A stretch of DNA of 64,000 nt from Chrysomallon squamiferum (Eukaryota > Animalia > Mollusca): contig CM022676.1 in assembly GCA_012295275.1 (NCBI GenBank), positions 620,001-684,000 on the forward strand, written 5' to 3'. Below the pieces are notes generated by a model. The model saw only the letters and a list, made by a program, of their open reading frames with translations. It did no database searches and was not told the origin of the DNA. The translations under genes were made by a program, and so were the position numbers. Of this stretch, positions 14,045 to 29,072 are shown piece after piece; positions within the stretch are counted from its first letter, which is position 1; each line of letters starts with the position of its first letter.

Positions 14045-14078
14045 TGGACGCAGAGCGCGTATTGGTGTGTCTGTGTCT
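13345..14078. repeat. Long compound (TG)n/TGTGTC/TGTGTA microsatellite
   Basis: Direct reading; a GTGGACGCAG(C/A)GCGCGT(G/A)TTGGTGTGTCTGTGTCTG motif occurs near both ends (~13410 and ~14044). Confidence 0.95.
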
Positions 14079-14426
14079 GCAGTGCTAACAAAATTCAATC
14101 CCCAGAAAGTTGTGTTGTGTCGAATAGTAAATAAAATGAAATAACAGAAATTAAAAAATGTAAGAACATTCACTCTGATAGGAAATGGAAATTGTCTCGT
14201 TTCTGCAGGACTGTTCGTTGTCACAGCTGCACGATTGTTTTGAAATCTCCCTTTGATTCGACGACTGAAGTGCAAAAGTTAATGTCCAGAATGGCGGTCA
14301 CCCAACAAAGCTGTGTTGTTATGTTGTTTGGAAACGTAAACAAAATGAAATAACACAAGTAAATAGGAAAATCCGGTATAAGTGGAAACAAATCGTGTAT
14401 ACGCCTTTTCTAATTCCGATCATATA

Positions 14427-14478
<52 letters not shown>

Positions 14479-14801
14479 ATGTGTTTATTTATAAACATTT
14501 TTCTCCTGTTTTCGGTAGCCTTCCTCCAATGCATATTGGACTACTGCCCAACTGTCAACTAAGTAATCAGCAAATTTGTCTGTTGGTTTCTCGTGTCACA
14601 CACACACACACACACACACACGCGCATCTTTTAGGTTACCATGACAACACGGCTTTAGCTATTCGCTCAGTTAAAATCAATCAAGAATATCAGAAGTTTT
14701 ATCCACACTGAGGAAACTGATACTGAGAGCACTGCTTGTGTAGTTTGTTGTGTTTTATTTGTTACTTTTCAAGTATGCGTTTGTTTTTCTGTTCTATCGT
14801 G

Positions 14802-16451
<1,650 letters not shown>

Positions 16452-16990
16452 CACAACTGATTATTCAAAACGAATTAATAGAAGTATTTGTTTTGCTATT
16501 TCTTTCCAATCATACTTTGAACGTACGCATGAACCATAACTCTGATCATATATTTCCGCTACGTGTTTCCTTTGCAACCGTCTTAACAACAAAAGCGACA
16601 ACAACAACAACAGTAATAATAATAATAATAATAATCCAGATCAACAGTTATTATTATTATTATTAAATCATTATATCATGTGTGTTTTTGTGCGTTTTTT
16701 TGGTGTATTTTTGGGTGTTTTGTGTTTTGTTTGTTTATTTGTTTGTTTGTTTGTTTGTTTTGGGTGTGTAGTTTTTGTTTTAGGAAGCTTATTTGTGAAA
16801 ATAACTGTTTAAAAAGTATCTTTCTCTGTATAGTATTAAAGATAATAATAATAATGGAATAAAAATATATAATTTAATAAAACCACTTAAACAAATAATA
16901 ACAAGAAGAAGAAAAACATGTGAAATAATCTTTTTCCTTAAATGGTCACCACTTCGTAATTAGTAGTATTATTATATTTGTATATTTTCC

Positions 16991-17048
<58 letters not shown>

Positions 17049-17633
17049 TGACAGTTGCAGGAGGAATTTAATAACGGAAAAGGTTATGACGTAGTTAGAA
17101 GACGACATGTACGTTTGGCTGCGTCTTTCATTTTTCTTTTTTAATATATCTATTTTGTAAATTTTTTGCTTAGATTATTATTTATTATTATTATTATTAT
17201 TATTTCCTTTCTTCTTTTTCACTTTTTTAAAATAAATTTCGCTAGATTTTTAGCTTTATGAAAGACGAATAGCAAAAATGCTACTAGTAATACTAGTATA
17301 AATAATCAGAATCGTATTGATAGCTTAACTTACACTTTAACTAACAGTAGATGTACTTACTAATTGTGATGTGTAGTGGTTGCTGAAATTGAGGGTATTT
17401 GTTTTATTGGTAGTGAATTTGGTTTTGTTTTTGGTTTTTGTATTTTTTTTTTTTTTTTACTTATTTATTTATTTTATTATTGTAATATATTTTTTTTAAT
17501 TGTATTACTATTACTACTGCATATAATCGATTATCCATAACCGTCGATTATTCGTTTATTTACTTATTTATTTTAAATAAACAATCATGAACACATAGAT
17601 AATATTCCATTTCTTATGACATATATTTTTAAA

Positions 17634-17699
<66 letters not shown>

Positions 17700-17714
17700 G
17701 TTTCTTTTTTTAGA

Positions 17715-20700
17715 ATGGCTATCTTGTCTAGAATTCTACAAACTATCATCATTCTTATTGCTATTACAGAAGGTAAAACTTTTTATCTCTGAATTTTCTG
17801 TAACTTGCCTTTACTTTATTAAAACAAGTTCACACATGCACTCATACATTCACTGTTTCTGTCCCTGTACTTTTCTTTTAAAGTCTTGCACTTCTGAAAC
17901 ATAAACATTAAAGCAGTTAATTTATATGAACTCATTTTGTAGACTCAGCAGGTCCATTTTCAGTAACTGAACATAACAACCTCATAGGCCAAATTATGAT
18001 TGTTCGCAATGACACAAAAGAATTATTGGTTGGTGCAAGGTGAAGTTTCACTCATTTAATTTTACTCATTTTATCCTTCTTTCGTGATATAGCAACAGAA
18101 CTTATTTAAGTGTAAAACTAAATAAAAATGTATTGTGTTAATTATTAAAAAACAGAAATACCTCTCTGTGTGTGTATGTGTGTGTTTGTGTTTGTGTGTG
18201 CCTCTCTTATTAATAATAATAATAAAATAATAATACGTATACTACCTTTTTCTATTCTGTCCTGGAAAGGTGTACATTTTTTCTTATTTTTTTATTATTT
18301 ATAGTTTTATTTGTTTATTAATTAATCTATCTATGGCTCAAGACATTTATTTATCATTAACATTGTTACTATTATTAGTAGTAGTAGTAGTAATTGTGTA
18401 GTTGTTATTGTTGTTATTATTATTTTTCATTTTGAAACAGAAATTCAATATTTCGATTATCATTGACTAATCTCAATGTAATACAAGTAGTAAACTGGTT
18501 AGTCAATAAAAACACCTTGAAAATGTGTGATGTGAAAGGTTTTCCAAAGGTAAATACCAAACATTTATTTTTGGCTTTTCTATAATTATTTACATTACAG
18601 TTGTTTTTTTTCATTTTGTTGTTGTTGTTATCGTCATCATTTCATCATCATCATTAAAAGGCATTATAAAGGTGGTAAAAACTATGTACTCTGGCTGTAA
18701 TTTACTTTTGTTTTTTAAAAATAATTGTTTCATCTACTTTTCATCATACTAGTCATTATTATCATCATCATGTTTTTCTTTTTTCTTGGTTTTTATTTAT
18801 CTCTCACAAGATTAAAAAGAAAAAATGTCTTTAATGACTTAGATATGTTTTTTACTGAATAAAATCTGTTTTATTTGAAAACTAAACTACATAATTTAGA
18901 ATTCTCTCACTCTCTGTATGTATGTTTGTGTGTTACGTGAAAAATATTGTGTCCTTTCTAATCTGTGCTTCCTCTACGTATTTTTATTTACCATCATTCT
19001 TCTTATTAATATTACTTTTCGTTTTATTTCAGAAATACTGTCATAATTATATTCGTTTCTTAACTATTAATAATAATAAAATGGTGGTCTGTGGTACATA
19101 TGCTTACAAACCACGCTGCTCAACACGAAATGTGAGCCATTTTGTAAATAAAAATCTTACAGATTAAGCATACAAACACACACATAAACGTGTGTGTGTG
19201 TGTGTTCATGTGTGTGTTCATGCGTGTGTTTGTGTATACATATATATATATATATATATTACTCACACAGACACACTGAGAATTACAGATAGGTAGATAA
19301 ATAACTAGATATATACCACATATACACATAAAATGCATATTTACCTAAAAATATGCATAAATAAATCTTAATTATTTACAAAACATACTTTTTTTAAAAA
19401 ATATATATATATACATGTGTATTCATAAACTAATATAAGAGTGGCTTTTATAATTGCAATTACAGTAGCCATTGTAATAATACTAATAGTAGAAGCATCG
19501 GAAGCAGTAATAGTGTGTAAGACATAGTAGTAGCAGTAGTAGTAATAGAGGTAGTAGTAGTAGAAATAGCAGAAGTAGTAGTAATAGTAGCAGCACAATA
19601 CAGTAGCATGATAGAGTACTCACATTTTTTGGAAACTCTACATAAAGACACCTGTGTTTACAGCTCTCTCATATTGATGTGATACTGTCCAGTGAGGTGA
19701 GAGAGTACACAATCCCATCCAATCCTGAAGACACTATAACAGCCATTTTACTAGATGACCAGACTATGTTCACTTTCTCTGTAGTTGGAACTATGTCTGA
19801 ATATGCAGGCATTGCTCGGCAGTTTGGACCATTAAGTAATTTACAGAGTGCCCAAGATAATTCTTTCTGGCTTAATGGTGATATGCTGCTGTTTTTTAAA
19901 TTTTATCGGCACATACACAGACACATGTACAAATGTACAAGCACCCAGAAAAATAGATAGATATGCATATATCCAGATGTGTACAGACATATACATACTT
20001 AAACACATACACACACACTCACATATAAACACATGCACCATCACACATACAAACAAATGTATATCTATAGTTGAATATTATTGTTTCACTTTCTGAGTGT
20101 AGGCAAACTAGTGCCTTACATTCTTATATATATATAAAAACAAACAATTACAGATATTTTGTAAATGCCTAGATCAAGATATATGTAAATATTTTTCACA
20201 AACATTAAATACCCACAAAATATGAAAAACAAAGAATGGTATGAGTGCATAATTTTTTTTTGCAGATCCAAAATTTATTTCAAGCTACATATATGGGGAA
20301 TACGTGTTTTTCTTCTTTAATGAAATAGCAGTGGAACATATGGCTTGTGGATATGTAAGTGTAGAATTAAATCTCTCTCTCATATGCAGACACATTGATA
20401 CGCACACACATTTGCATTGTCATATGCACAAATATTAATATTATTATATCTTCTTTTTTTTTCCCCTTTTTTATTTTTTCCAGCTAAGATTTTCTCGAGT
20501 AGGCAGAATATGTCAGGTAATTTTGTACTCATTTAATTTATAACTGATAATTAAACAGTATTTTAATTATTATGTTATATGCAAAAAAGATAATTTGACT
20601 TACATTTATTTATTTTTTTTTTTTTACTTCTCTGTTTTGTTGTTTATATACTAGATTTTGTAAGTGTTTTTTATTTAACTTTTAGTTTGCTTAAGAATAC

Positions 20701-23700
20701 CATTACTTATCTCCTCATTTGTTTGATTTGAGCATTCTTGTCAGTTCTACTTCAATACATCACTACTACTGCCTACAGTTAGAACTACTGTTACCACTAC
20801 AACTCATACATTTAATACTACTGCAACCATAACAGTTCTGATATTATTACAACTACTTCTACATTACTACTCAACTACTGCAGTCACTACTGTTGATACA
20901 AACATCTATCACCACTGTTGTTTTATTATTATTATTGTTATTTCTATTATTATTACTTTTATTATTATTGCTATTGTTGTTGTTGTCATTGTAGTTCATT
21001 TTACCATAATCATCACTTATTTATTTCGTTTTTGTAGTCTTTTTGAGAGGATTTTTTTTGTTTTTTATTTCCTTTTTTATTATGAATATATTTCTGTTTC
21101 CAGAAAGACCCTGGTGGGACAGTCAATGATGAACTTTTTATAACATACATGAAAGCTCGTATGAACTGTTCTTACCCTGGTATTTCACCCTACTACATCG
21201 ATGTCATGCATGACACATTCATGGACAATGAAACTAAAACAATATATGGTGTCTTTTCTACCCCATTGTTAGTAGCTTTACAACATTAATACATATCTTC
21301 AAACTAACATAGTTTTACTATCTTGTTAGTAAACTTTATAGCATTAAAAAGTATTCAAACTAGCATAGTACAGTGTTTATACTTTGTTAGTAAGTTTTGT
21401 AAGATTAACGTATGTATTCAAACTAGCATAGTACAGTGTTTATACTTTGTTAGTAAGCTTTGTATTGTGTTCCTATTGTAACAATGAAATAACATCTCTC
21501 TGTCCATTGAAACCATTATGACAGTTAAGGGTAAGAATATAAGCATTTATTTACACAAACCTTTATGCACACATTATATTACAAACACATATTAAAATGT
21601 TTTGATATTTTAAAGAAACCATGCAGCTGCCACTGCAGTTTGTGTCTTTGACATTAGTTCCTTTGAAGAAGTTTTCCGAGGACCATTTAATAGTTACAGT
21701 GAAGTGAAAAAACAATGGATTAAGAAACATCAGCTTCCTCTTAAAAATGTAACCTATGTATGTATATAGTAATTTTAACTCTCTAAATTAAGCACCTTTT
21801 CTTTCACTGATTAAGAATGGTATAACTTTTTCAAATTTTATTATTTATTTTAAAAGTTACTGACACCAGCAGCATGTTAGGGTGTGTGTTAATGTGAGTA
21901 TGTGAGTGGGCATGTTAGGGTGTGTGTGTGTGTGTTACAGTATGTGTGAGTGGGCATGTTAGGGTGTGTGTGTGTGTGTTACAGTATGTGTGAATGTGAA
22001 TGTGTGAGTGGGCATGTTAGGGTGTGTGTGTGTGTTACAGTATGTGTGAATGTGAATGTGTGAGTGGGCATGTTAGAGTGTGTGTGTGTTACAGTATGTG
22101 TGAGTGGGCATGTTAGGGTGTGTGTGTGTGTGTGTTACAGTATGTGTGAGTGGGCATGTTAGGGTGTGTGTGTGTGTGTTACAGTATGTGTGAGTGGGCA
22201 TGTTAGGGTGTGTATGTGTGTTACAGTATGTGTGAATGTGAATGTGTGAGTGGGCATGTTAGGGTGTGTGTGTGTGTTACAGTATGTGTGAGTGGACATG
22301 TTAGTGTGTGTGTGTGTGTTACAGTATGTGTGAATGTGAGTATGTGAGTGTGTTACAGTATGTGTGAATGTGAATGTGTGAGTGGGCATGTTAGGGTGTG
22401 TGTGTGTGTTAGGGTATGTGTGAGTGGACATGTTAGGGTGTGTATGTGTGTTATAAATATATTTACATGTTTATTTAGTGTAAAGCAGTTGCAGAGCATC
22501 AGCTTCAGTATGAAGAGATGTCAATTACTTCTCAACTGATGTATTACTCAGTGCAGTCTGTCAGTATTTATCCTCTCTTGTTTACTGTTGGACAGAGGTA
22601 ACAACTTAATTTTCTTCTTTATACACACACATACACACGCACACACACACAAAGACACACACATTTTCATTCACATATATACTCTGTCATGCATACACAA
22701 ATGTACTCTCTTAAAATTACACACTTACACATATGTACATTTATATACATACACACAGAGACACAGACACTGGTGCACCAAACACCCAGATAAACATACT
22801 TTACATTCATCTTCCATTTCGGTTGCCTAGATGGCACAAACTGGTGGTTGATAGAGTGCAAGGAAAACATTCAGTGTATGACGTGATATTTATTGCAACA
22901 AGTACTGGTGTCTTCATGAAGTTTCTCAGGGTAAAGGGTGTGTTGAAGTCATGTTTGATAGAGGAAATCAGTACAAATGAGAAAAATATCACACAGCTGA
23001 TAATATCACAGGAGCAAGTAACTAGTATATGTATGATAATATAACATACATACACATCAACAGCTTTCCATAAATATTTCACAAAGATTTACACACTCCT
23101 GATATTAATAAATGTATCTGATACACTGTTGATAAAGTGTCAGCTTATTTAGACATATACACGTTCTGTGTCAGTATATGATTGTTATTTATAATATTTC
23201 ATGAACAGTTAGTAGCAAGGGAATTTTGGAATAGTCTTTTTCACAGACAAGTTACACATTTCCTACTTTATACAACAGTTACTGACTGGTTAGAAACTGA
23301 GCAACAAAAGGTGCAGCAACAACAACAACAACAACAACAATAATCATAATAAAATAATAATAATAATAATAACAATAATAATGATAGTAATAATAATAAT
23401 AGCAACAACAATAATAATAACAATAGTAATAATAATAACCATAATAATAATAAAATAATAATAACAATGATAATAATAATAACAATAATAATAATAACAA
23501 TAACAACAACAATAACAACAACAATAATAATAATAATAACAATAATAATAATGAAGATAATGATTTAATTTCAGGCTGCTGTCTATGTGGCTTCACTTGG
23601 AAAGATTATAAAAATTCCAGTAGCACGATGTGAACATTTTAAAACTTCAGAGTAAGATTTGTACTTCAATTTATAATTTCTTTTGTTGTTGTTGCTGGTG

Positions 23701-25763
23701 GTTTTGTGGATTTCATTTCTATTTTAGTTATATATGTATATGAAAAAAACAATATCATACTGTGCTAAGATATCAGAATTTTATTAAAAAAAAATTTAAA
23801 AAAATAGAAACAACTAAAAAAGTATTCACTCATTCAAAACTGAAATATTTTCAAGGGGAAATTGATTTGCTAATTACTTCATTCATTAATTCACAAAAGT
23901 GTAACAAAAAAACCAAAACTTAAATGAAAGTATTTGTGTCAGCTGTCCAGTGACCTATGCTTTGTGTTTTAGGTCATGTTTAGCTGCAAAAGACCCATAC
24001 TGTGGATGGAACACACAGCTAAGAAAATGCACAATGGCACCTAAAGGTAACCCACAATCCAAGCACTGGCTTCAAAATCCATGTGACTGTATAAAGGCAG
24101 AAGCAAAAAAGGAAAAGAAAACAACAAAAAAGGAAAAGAAAACAACAAAAAAGGAAAAGAAAACAACAAAAGAAGGTAAAAAATAAAATTAAAAAAATAC
24201 TTTGTGTTTGAAATAATCTGAGAAGTGCTGTGCAGGTACTTGTCAGTTTTTGAAAAGTTAGTCTCAGGGTGAGTTGAAGAACAGGTGTTTTTCTCAAAGC
24301 AACTAATTCATTTTGTTGGAAGAATATACTGACATATAGCTATTGATTCTAATTAACTAGTATTATTAAGCAGAAAAATTCAATTTAAAAATAAAATTTA
24401 ATAAGTTAAGAAACAAGGTCAAATTATTTTATAAGACAGTATTTATAGAAACAACAAATTGAGTAATAAACAATAGTTTTTATTATTGTCATATATACTA
24501 AATTTTATTATCATTCAGTGACATACAAAGAAGTAAAGTGAGCAAATACATTAAAATATACCAGTGTTGGTACATATAAATCTTCTAAATACATTTCTGT
24601 ATACACGGTTAGCCAATTTTTTTTCCCTAATTTCAGACATTTATTACACAGAATTTATTCTAGGTACAAACCTTTCATTGTTATTTTTGCATTTTTAACC
24701 TTAACATAAAAAGTGTAGATTTTGTTTTTTACATTTTTAATAATCCACTTTAACCTGTGCTCTGAAAACCTTGTCCTCAGTAAACTTCCATAATAAATAG
24801 TCTAGAGGAAATATATGGAGACTTTGGCAATGCCAAACCATCAGAAAGTCTGCAGTAATGAACTGGTGCACATACAGTGCACGACAAAGATAATGGATCT
24901 TTCTTTTACTTTCTGGGCCTAATTCAGTAAACCTTTACCTGTACATGTTGTTAATACAGAAGATTTTCTACCATTAGTAGTTTTATAACATCCTGTTGAG
25001 ATTACTTCACCTTACAATTGGACAGCATTAAATATAATCAAAATAAATGAAATAAAATATATTAAAATGTGTCATCCATACATACTTAAAAAAAAAAAAA
25101 AAAAAAATCTTAAAAGATGTTGTTGTTAAAGATACTAAATATGATTATTAAATATTCTCTGCATATGAACATTGTGTTAAAACATTACAAGCTTTACTGA
25201 TTCACAAAAGAGAACCAACACACTTTCTAATTACATTGTTATCACCAACTGTGTGGGGAAATACAATAGTTGTTGTTGCTGCTGCTGCTGTTGGTGTTAT
25301 TGGTATTTGTGTTTTTATTGTTATCATCATTAGTTGTAGTAGTAGTAGTAGTAGTATAGGAATAAAAAGTAGTAGTAATAGTAGCAGTAACAGTAAAGTA
25401 GTGGTAGTAGTGACAGGAATAGTAGTAATAGTTGTAGTAATAATAGTAATATGTCTTTATTAACCAGTGATACCTCAAAGTAGATGGACTACATGGTCAA
25501 AATGGTCGATTTGTAATGTGTTAGATCGCCAACAGGTGTACTGTGATTGTCGTCAGAGGACGTGTCATGTCTTGAGTACAGCGGTGGTGAAGTGTAAAGG
25601 GGAAGGGATTCAAATAACACGCTGCACAGGTTACACTTTTTCTTTCATCTCAAATGTAAATTTATTAAAATATTTAATTTCCATCATGATATTGCATTAG
25701 CCTTTTTTCTTCTTTCTTTTTTTTCTTTTTGTTGCTATTCTTCTTGTGTTGTTGCTGTTGTTG

Positions 25764-25854
<91 letters not shown>

Positions 25855-26287
25855 AGATTGAGAATCCTTTACCCGAAAGCTTGGGAATGTAAGGAGGTAG
25901 ACAGATAATTGCATCTAACTCTAAATACGAAATCCATTTATATTCCATATGTATCTTACACAAATAGTCTGCAGGATTTTCATATAATATTTTTTTAATT
26001 TTTGTGCATGATATAAATTTTGTGAATATAAAACAACTGAAATGTGTATGATATCACTGTTTCTGCTGCTCGGAAATCGTTTTGGACTTCGGAATTTCGG
26101 TTACGCAATCCTCGGCCTGTAGGTATTATTTAGTAATTTTCTCAGACAGTCCTCTTAAAGTAATTTCCCAAATAAGTATTTCTACTTTATTTATTTTTCA
26201 GACTTTTCAAAAGGACGAGCCTGGCACACCACTATGTCTGTGTTTCTGCTGATAAGTCAGTTTGTGTTTTGCTATATGCATTTCTGA
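17715..26287 (+). CDS. Divergent class-5-like semaphorin: signal peptide, Sema, PSI, Lys-rich linker, one TSP1, hydrophobic GPI-like C-terminus (~609 aa)
   Basis: Exons 17715-17772, 17943-18039, 18441-18549, 19033-19131, 19664-19877, 20266-20354, 20484-20516, 21104-21267, 21616-21748, 22479-22597, 22831-23017, 23575-23651, 23973-24175, 25468-25629 and 26202-26287 splice to 1830 nt without a stop. Motifs: LLVGAR, CHNYIR, VCGTYAYKPRC, WLNDPKF, VFFFFNE, SRVGRICQKDPGG, KARMNCS, YGVFSTP, AVCVF, SCLAAKDPYCGW (PSI) and WTTWSKWSIC..RQRTC (TSP1). The last exon is less certain. Confidence 0.9.
21266..21465. repeat. ~60-bp tandem repeat (3.3 copies) starting at the semaphorin exon-8 donor
   Basis: TT|GTTAGTA..ATTAA..TTCAAACTA(A/G)CATAGT.. 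repeated. Confidence 0.85.
21872..22452. repeat. Intronic minisatellite CATGTTAGGGTGTG(TG)nTTACAGTATGTGTGAGTGGG
   Basis: About 12 variable-length units. Confidence 0.9.
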
Positions 26288-26413
26288 ATGAAATTTCTAC
26301 TTATTTAATTAGATTATTAATCATAATAGTGTTAAATACTAAATTTAAAATGTACGTTACCAGATAGGAGGAAATAATCAAAATATTTTCTGTGTATTAC
26401 CGAGTTATATTTC

Positions 26414-26451
<38 letters not shown>

Positions 26452-28164
26452 TTTACTATTTTCATTCATATGCACCACAACTTTATACACAACAAAGTTA
26501 ATTCGTCGAGGCCGGGCGATGCTATAGCAATAATTACGTCTTTATCCTATACATCAACAGTAAACAATACGTGTTCACTGAGGGATGTAAATATAACAGA
26601 GTTCCGATTTGTGCCAGCCGCACCATCTTTACCACCTCGAAAGTCCGCTGAGATACAGCAATACAACTATTTATTTTGAAGAAAACAAATATAAATCGGT
26701 ATAACAGTCCGCTTGAGCAGGAGAGTAATAATAATAAAATGCTGTCCGCCTCCGCGTTCATCAGCTGTCCTCTGATTTAAGGGACATATCCACTGACATA
26801 CAGTCGGAACTCGCGAAAGAGTTGAAGCCTCGGGGGCCGCAAAAGACAATGTAGCTGTACATGAACACGTAATATAAAATATGTTTGCACGTAATTTATA
26901 ATATTAAACATGTATGAAAAGTAGTTAAGTCCACCTTATTTCCTGTTTACTAGTTCAGCGCATAGATGGACAGACACATGAACAGACCCGTAGAAACATG
27001 AAAAATATTCAGATAAATATATAGAATAAGGAACTGACGCACAGAAACGTGAATAGCTTCGTACATTTGCAGAACTCAGATACATGAAAAAATCTGTAAA
27101 TACGTAAATTATTTTGAATAAAATACCATAATTAAAAGAATAATAATGTAAAACCGATTTACACTCTAAACATTGATACCTGTAAAAACACGAACATAAT
27201 GTAATGAAACGTCAACAAAACCGTGGATATAAATGCAGCTGAAACAACGGACAAGAAAATATCCGTAGATACTTAATTAGATGAGCAGTTACAAGAAAGG
27301 ACCAGCTAACAAATGAACAAATCTGTAGATAGAAGAGCAGGTCCGTATTAGGTAGCAGAGCAGCATGGTGACGCTTTCGTCCTACATCGGGAAACTAAAC
27401 TGCACAGTGATGATGATGATGGTAACGATAAAAAAAAACGCTTGTATTTCAGTATTGTTTAAAAGCTTTAAGACAGTCACTGATTTTAAAAAATTATATA
27501 TATATATATATAATGTTTCTGCTCTTTATCGAGGAAATAAACGACACTGAAAATAATGAATATATGAATGTTATTACACATCTATTTTCTATTATTATGT
27601 AAGAGCTCGTAGCCATTCCTTTCATTTTCTGTTATCGTCATTATCATCATCATCACTATTATTAGTAGTAGTAGTGGTAGTAGTACTAGTAGTAGTATTT
27701 GTAAGCTTAATAGTCCTATTCTAGTATCTATCTTGCATATATACACATTATTTGCACACCTCTGATTTTTCTTTTATATTTTGACAATGATCTTAAATTT
27801 TACCATTTTTACCATGTTTAATTTACAACCAGTGTTATAGTTATTTCATTATTTATATGTTAGTATGTTTAATGTTTCATGTTAGATTCTTCTAAAGCGT
27901 GTTCAGTGCAGTGATAATTTACCTTATATTATTACGAAACAAGATTGTACATACTTCCAATATACATTTTATTGTATTTTATTTTATTACTTTTGTGACT
28001 AATATTTGATAATAAAGAACGATGATAATAAAATATATAGTATTAATAAATAAATAAAGTAATGCTGTTGCCGAACTTTTCTTGTGTTTGTTATGTTCAC
28101 GACTGCACAAAAATTACTAAAAATATAAATCTCTCACAATAAAATAGAAGAGCTAACAGTTCAC

Positions 28165-29072
28165 TATAACACTGCTAGTGTGTCAGTTTAACTGTTCTCT
28201 GTAACACTGCTAGTGTATCAGTATAGCTGTTCTCTGTAACACTGCTAGTGTATCAGTATAGCTGTTCTCTGTAACACTGCTAGTGTGTCAGTTTAACTTC
28301 TCTGTAACACTGCTAGTGTATCAGTATATAGCTAGTGTGTCAGTTGTTCTCTGTAACACTGCTAGTGTATCAGTATAGCTGTTCTCTGTAACACTGCTAG
28401 TGTGTCAGTATAGCTGTTCTCTGTAACACTGCTAGTGTGTCAGTTTAACTGTTCTCTGTAACACTGCTAGTGTGTCAGTATAGCTGTTCTCTGTAACACT
28501 GCTAGTGTGTCAGTATAGTGTGTCAGTATAACTGTTCTCTGTAACACTGCTAGTGTATCAGTATAGCTGTTCTCTAACACTGCTAGTAACACTGCTAGTG
28601 TGTGTGTTTAACTGTTTTGCTAGTGTGTCTCTGTTTTAACACTGCTAGTGTGTCAGTTTAACTGTTCTCTGTAACACTGCTAGTGTGTCAGTGTAACTTC
28701 TCTGTTACACTGCTAGTGTGTCAGTATAGCTGTTCTCTGTAACACTGCTAGTGTGTCAGTTTAACTTCTCTGTAACACTGCCAGTGTGTCAGTGTAACTG
28801 TTCTCTGTAACACTGCTAGTGTGTCAGTTTAACTTCTCTGTAACACTGCTAGTGTGTCAGTGTAACTGTTCTCTGTAACATTGCCAGTGTGTCAGTATAG
28901 CTGTTCTCTGTAACACTGCTAGTGTGTCAGTATAGCTGTTCTCTGTAACACTGCTAGTGTGTCAGTATAGCTGTTCTCTGTAACACTGCTAGTGTGTCAG
29001 TATAGCTGTTCTCTGTAACACTGCTAGTGCGTCAGTGTAGCTGTTCTCTGTAACATTTCTATTGTGTCAGTA
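28165..29072. repeat. 35-bp minisatellite GTAACACTGCTAGTGT(G/A)TCAGT(ATAG/TTAA)CTGTTCTCT, ~26 copies
   Basis: Head-to-tail units with no spacers and internal dyads. Confidence 0.95.

Noticed and set aside
13205-14134. Long Cys/Val or His/Thr ORFs (also at 3846-4427, 22159-22539, 35979-36281, 38651-39112)
   Set aside because: Translations of (TG)n/(CA)n repeats
21872-22452. Interstitial telomere (TTAGGG)
   Set aside because: Only one TTAGGG per minisatellite unit, never tandem
23279-23553. Poly-L/Y/N ORFs from AAT repeats (also 25750-25852, 29740-29910)
   Set aside because: Trinucleotide microsatellites in introns or intergenic DNA
24806-24858. Possible extra semaphorin exon (EEIYGDFGNAKPSESLQ*)
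   Set aside because: Weak acceptor and no domain similarity; the model is complete without it
28165-29072. 35-bp palindromic repeats as a CRISPR array
   Set aside because: No unique spacers, no cas genes, and a eukaryotic context
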